Position numbers and translations under genes: made by a program. The notes under the pieces were generated by a model, which was not told the origin of the DNA, made no database searches, and saw only the letters and a list, made by a program, of their open reading frames with translations. A DNA stretch of 64,000 bases, from assembly GCA_043803405.1 (NCBI GenBank), contig JAZDKB010000027.1, positions 1 to 64,000 of the forward strand. The letters are read 5' to 3'. Shown piece after piece: positions 63,113 to 64,000 of the stretch (within the stretch, counting starts at the first letter, position 1; each line of letters opens with the position of its first letter). The stretch is from Spirochaetota bacterium. Lineage in GTDB: Bacteria; Spirochaetota; UBA4802; JAFGDQ01.

Positions 63113-64000
63113 TTATGATATCTCCTCAGTCTCTTCCCTTATCTCAGGGAACACAGCTTCAAACGCGTCTTTCATCGTGATTATTCCGACAAGCTTATCA
63201 TTTTCGTTAACTACAGGAACAACGACAAAGTCGTACTTAAAAAATATTTTTGCTACAATGTCTACATGTGTATGAACCTCAACGGTGACCACTTTAGTAC
63301 GCATCAGCTCGCCAACTTTCTTGTCCGGTTCAGCAGTAAGAAGCTGTTTAAGTGTTACTATCCCGGCAATCTTCTCATCTTTATCAACCACATAAATATA
63401 ATATATTGTCTCGAATTCTTCAGCTTCATATTTAATGACGCTCAAAATATCCGCTACATTTATCCCCTCATTAACGGCAACAAATTCAGTGTTCATTAAG
63501 CTGCCGGCAGTGCGATTTGAATGCTGAAGCAGATCTTTTATTTGCAGCACGCTCTCAAGCGGCATTATTTTAAAGAGCGCGTTCCTTGTTTCCAGTTTTA
63601 TTTCAGCAAGAAAGTCTACAACCTCGTCCATAGGCATTTCATTCAGTATCTTCGCCAGGTCTTCCAGTTCCAGCAGGTCGGCAATCTGCATTTTAATTTT
63701 CAAAGGCAATTCCTGGAATGTCCCTGCTGCTGTCTCATTGTCCAGGGATAATATTACATTGATCTTTTCCTCTACCCCCAGATCTATAAGGATATCGGCA
63801 AGGTCGGCTGGGTGCAGCTCATTAAGTTTGGATACCGGCACCTTTAATGATAGGTTCTTTAATTTATCCGAATCGGCAAGCGGATGTACATATTTCCATG
63901 AAATGAACTTATCTTTTATTTCATAATCAAAAAGCCATTTTATAATACTCCCGAAAAATCCGAGCCATCCCAGCCTTCGGAGCAGACCTTTTATTCCGAT
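63113..64000 (-). CDS. MgtE N-terminal-domain / CBS-pair protein without membrane domain (5' partial)
   Basis: Frame is open to the window end (IGIKGLLRRLG...); LHPADLADIL, TAGSLMNTEF, IYYIYVVD and two CBS domains; ends without TM helices. Confidence 0.88.
   Translation of the reverse strand: MGIKGLLRRLGWLGFFGSIIKWLFDYEIKDKFISWKYVHPLADSDKLKNLSLKVPVSKLNELHPADLADILIDLGVEEKINVILSLDNETAAGTFQELPLKIKMQIADLLELEDLAKILNEMPMDEVVDFLAEIKLETRNALFKIMPLESVLQIKDLLQHSNRTAGSLMNTEFVAVNEGINVADILSVIKYEAEEFETIYYIYVVDKDEKIAGIVTLKQLLTAEPDKKVGELMRTKVVTVEVHTHVDIVAKIFFKYDFVVVPVVNENDKLVGIITMKDAFEAVFPEIREETEEIS

Overview
AT-rich bacterial chromosomal window, probably from an anaerobic diderm. PFOR and PocR/HD-GYP signalling suggest an anaerobe; the lipoproteins, long-form SppA and CsgG-like proteins suggest Spirochaetota, but the taxonomy is inference only. 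Left to right: the 3' end of an IS256-family element (1-140, missed by the ORF track); a GDPD gene; a 131-bp element with perfect 28-bp inverted arms; housekeeping genes (mazG, sua5/tsaC, tmk, a degenerate plus an intact PP2C pair, sppA, arfB). Next is a ~32-kb block of 19 consecutive signal-transduction genes (11108-42943): a Wsp/ACF-type chemosensory operon, multi-PAS/GAF/Cache/PocR kinases, receivers, one HD-GYP and one GGDEF protein, with no recognisable DNA-binding output. Then come a GGDEF remnant, a cold-shock gene with a structured leader, PFOR, an MBL hydrolase and a CDF transporter. A two-gene formate-dehydrogenase-like module follows, whose large subunit has Ser at the Cys/Sec metal-ligand position, altered cofactor motifs and a Tat+lipobox signal. 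The right end holds an ECF sigma / membrane partner / CsgG-like / two PKD+FG-GAP lipoprotein module and an Nramp-related plus MgtE-N transporter pair. The best candidates for something undescribed are the Ser-substituted FDH-like module and the ECF-CsgG-lipoprotein module. No rRNA, tRNA or CRISPR array was seen.
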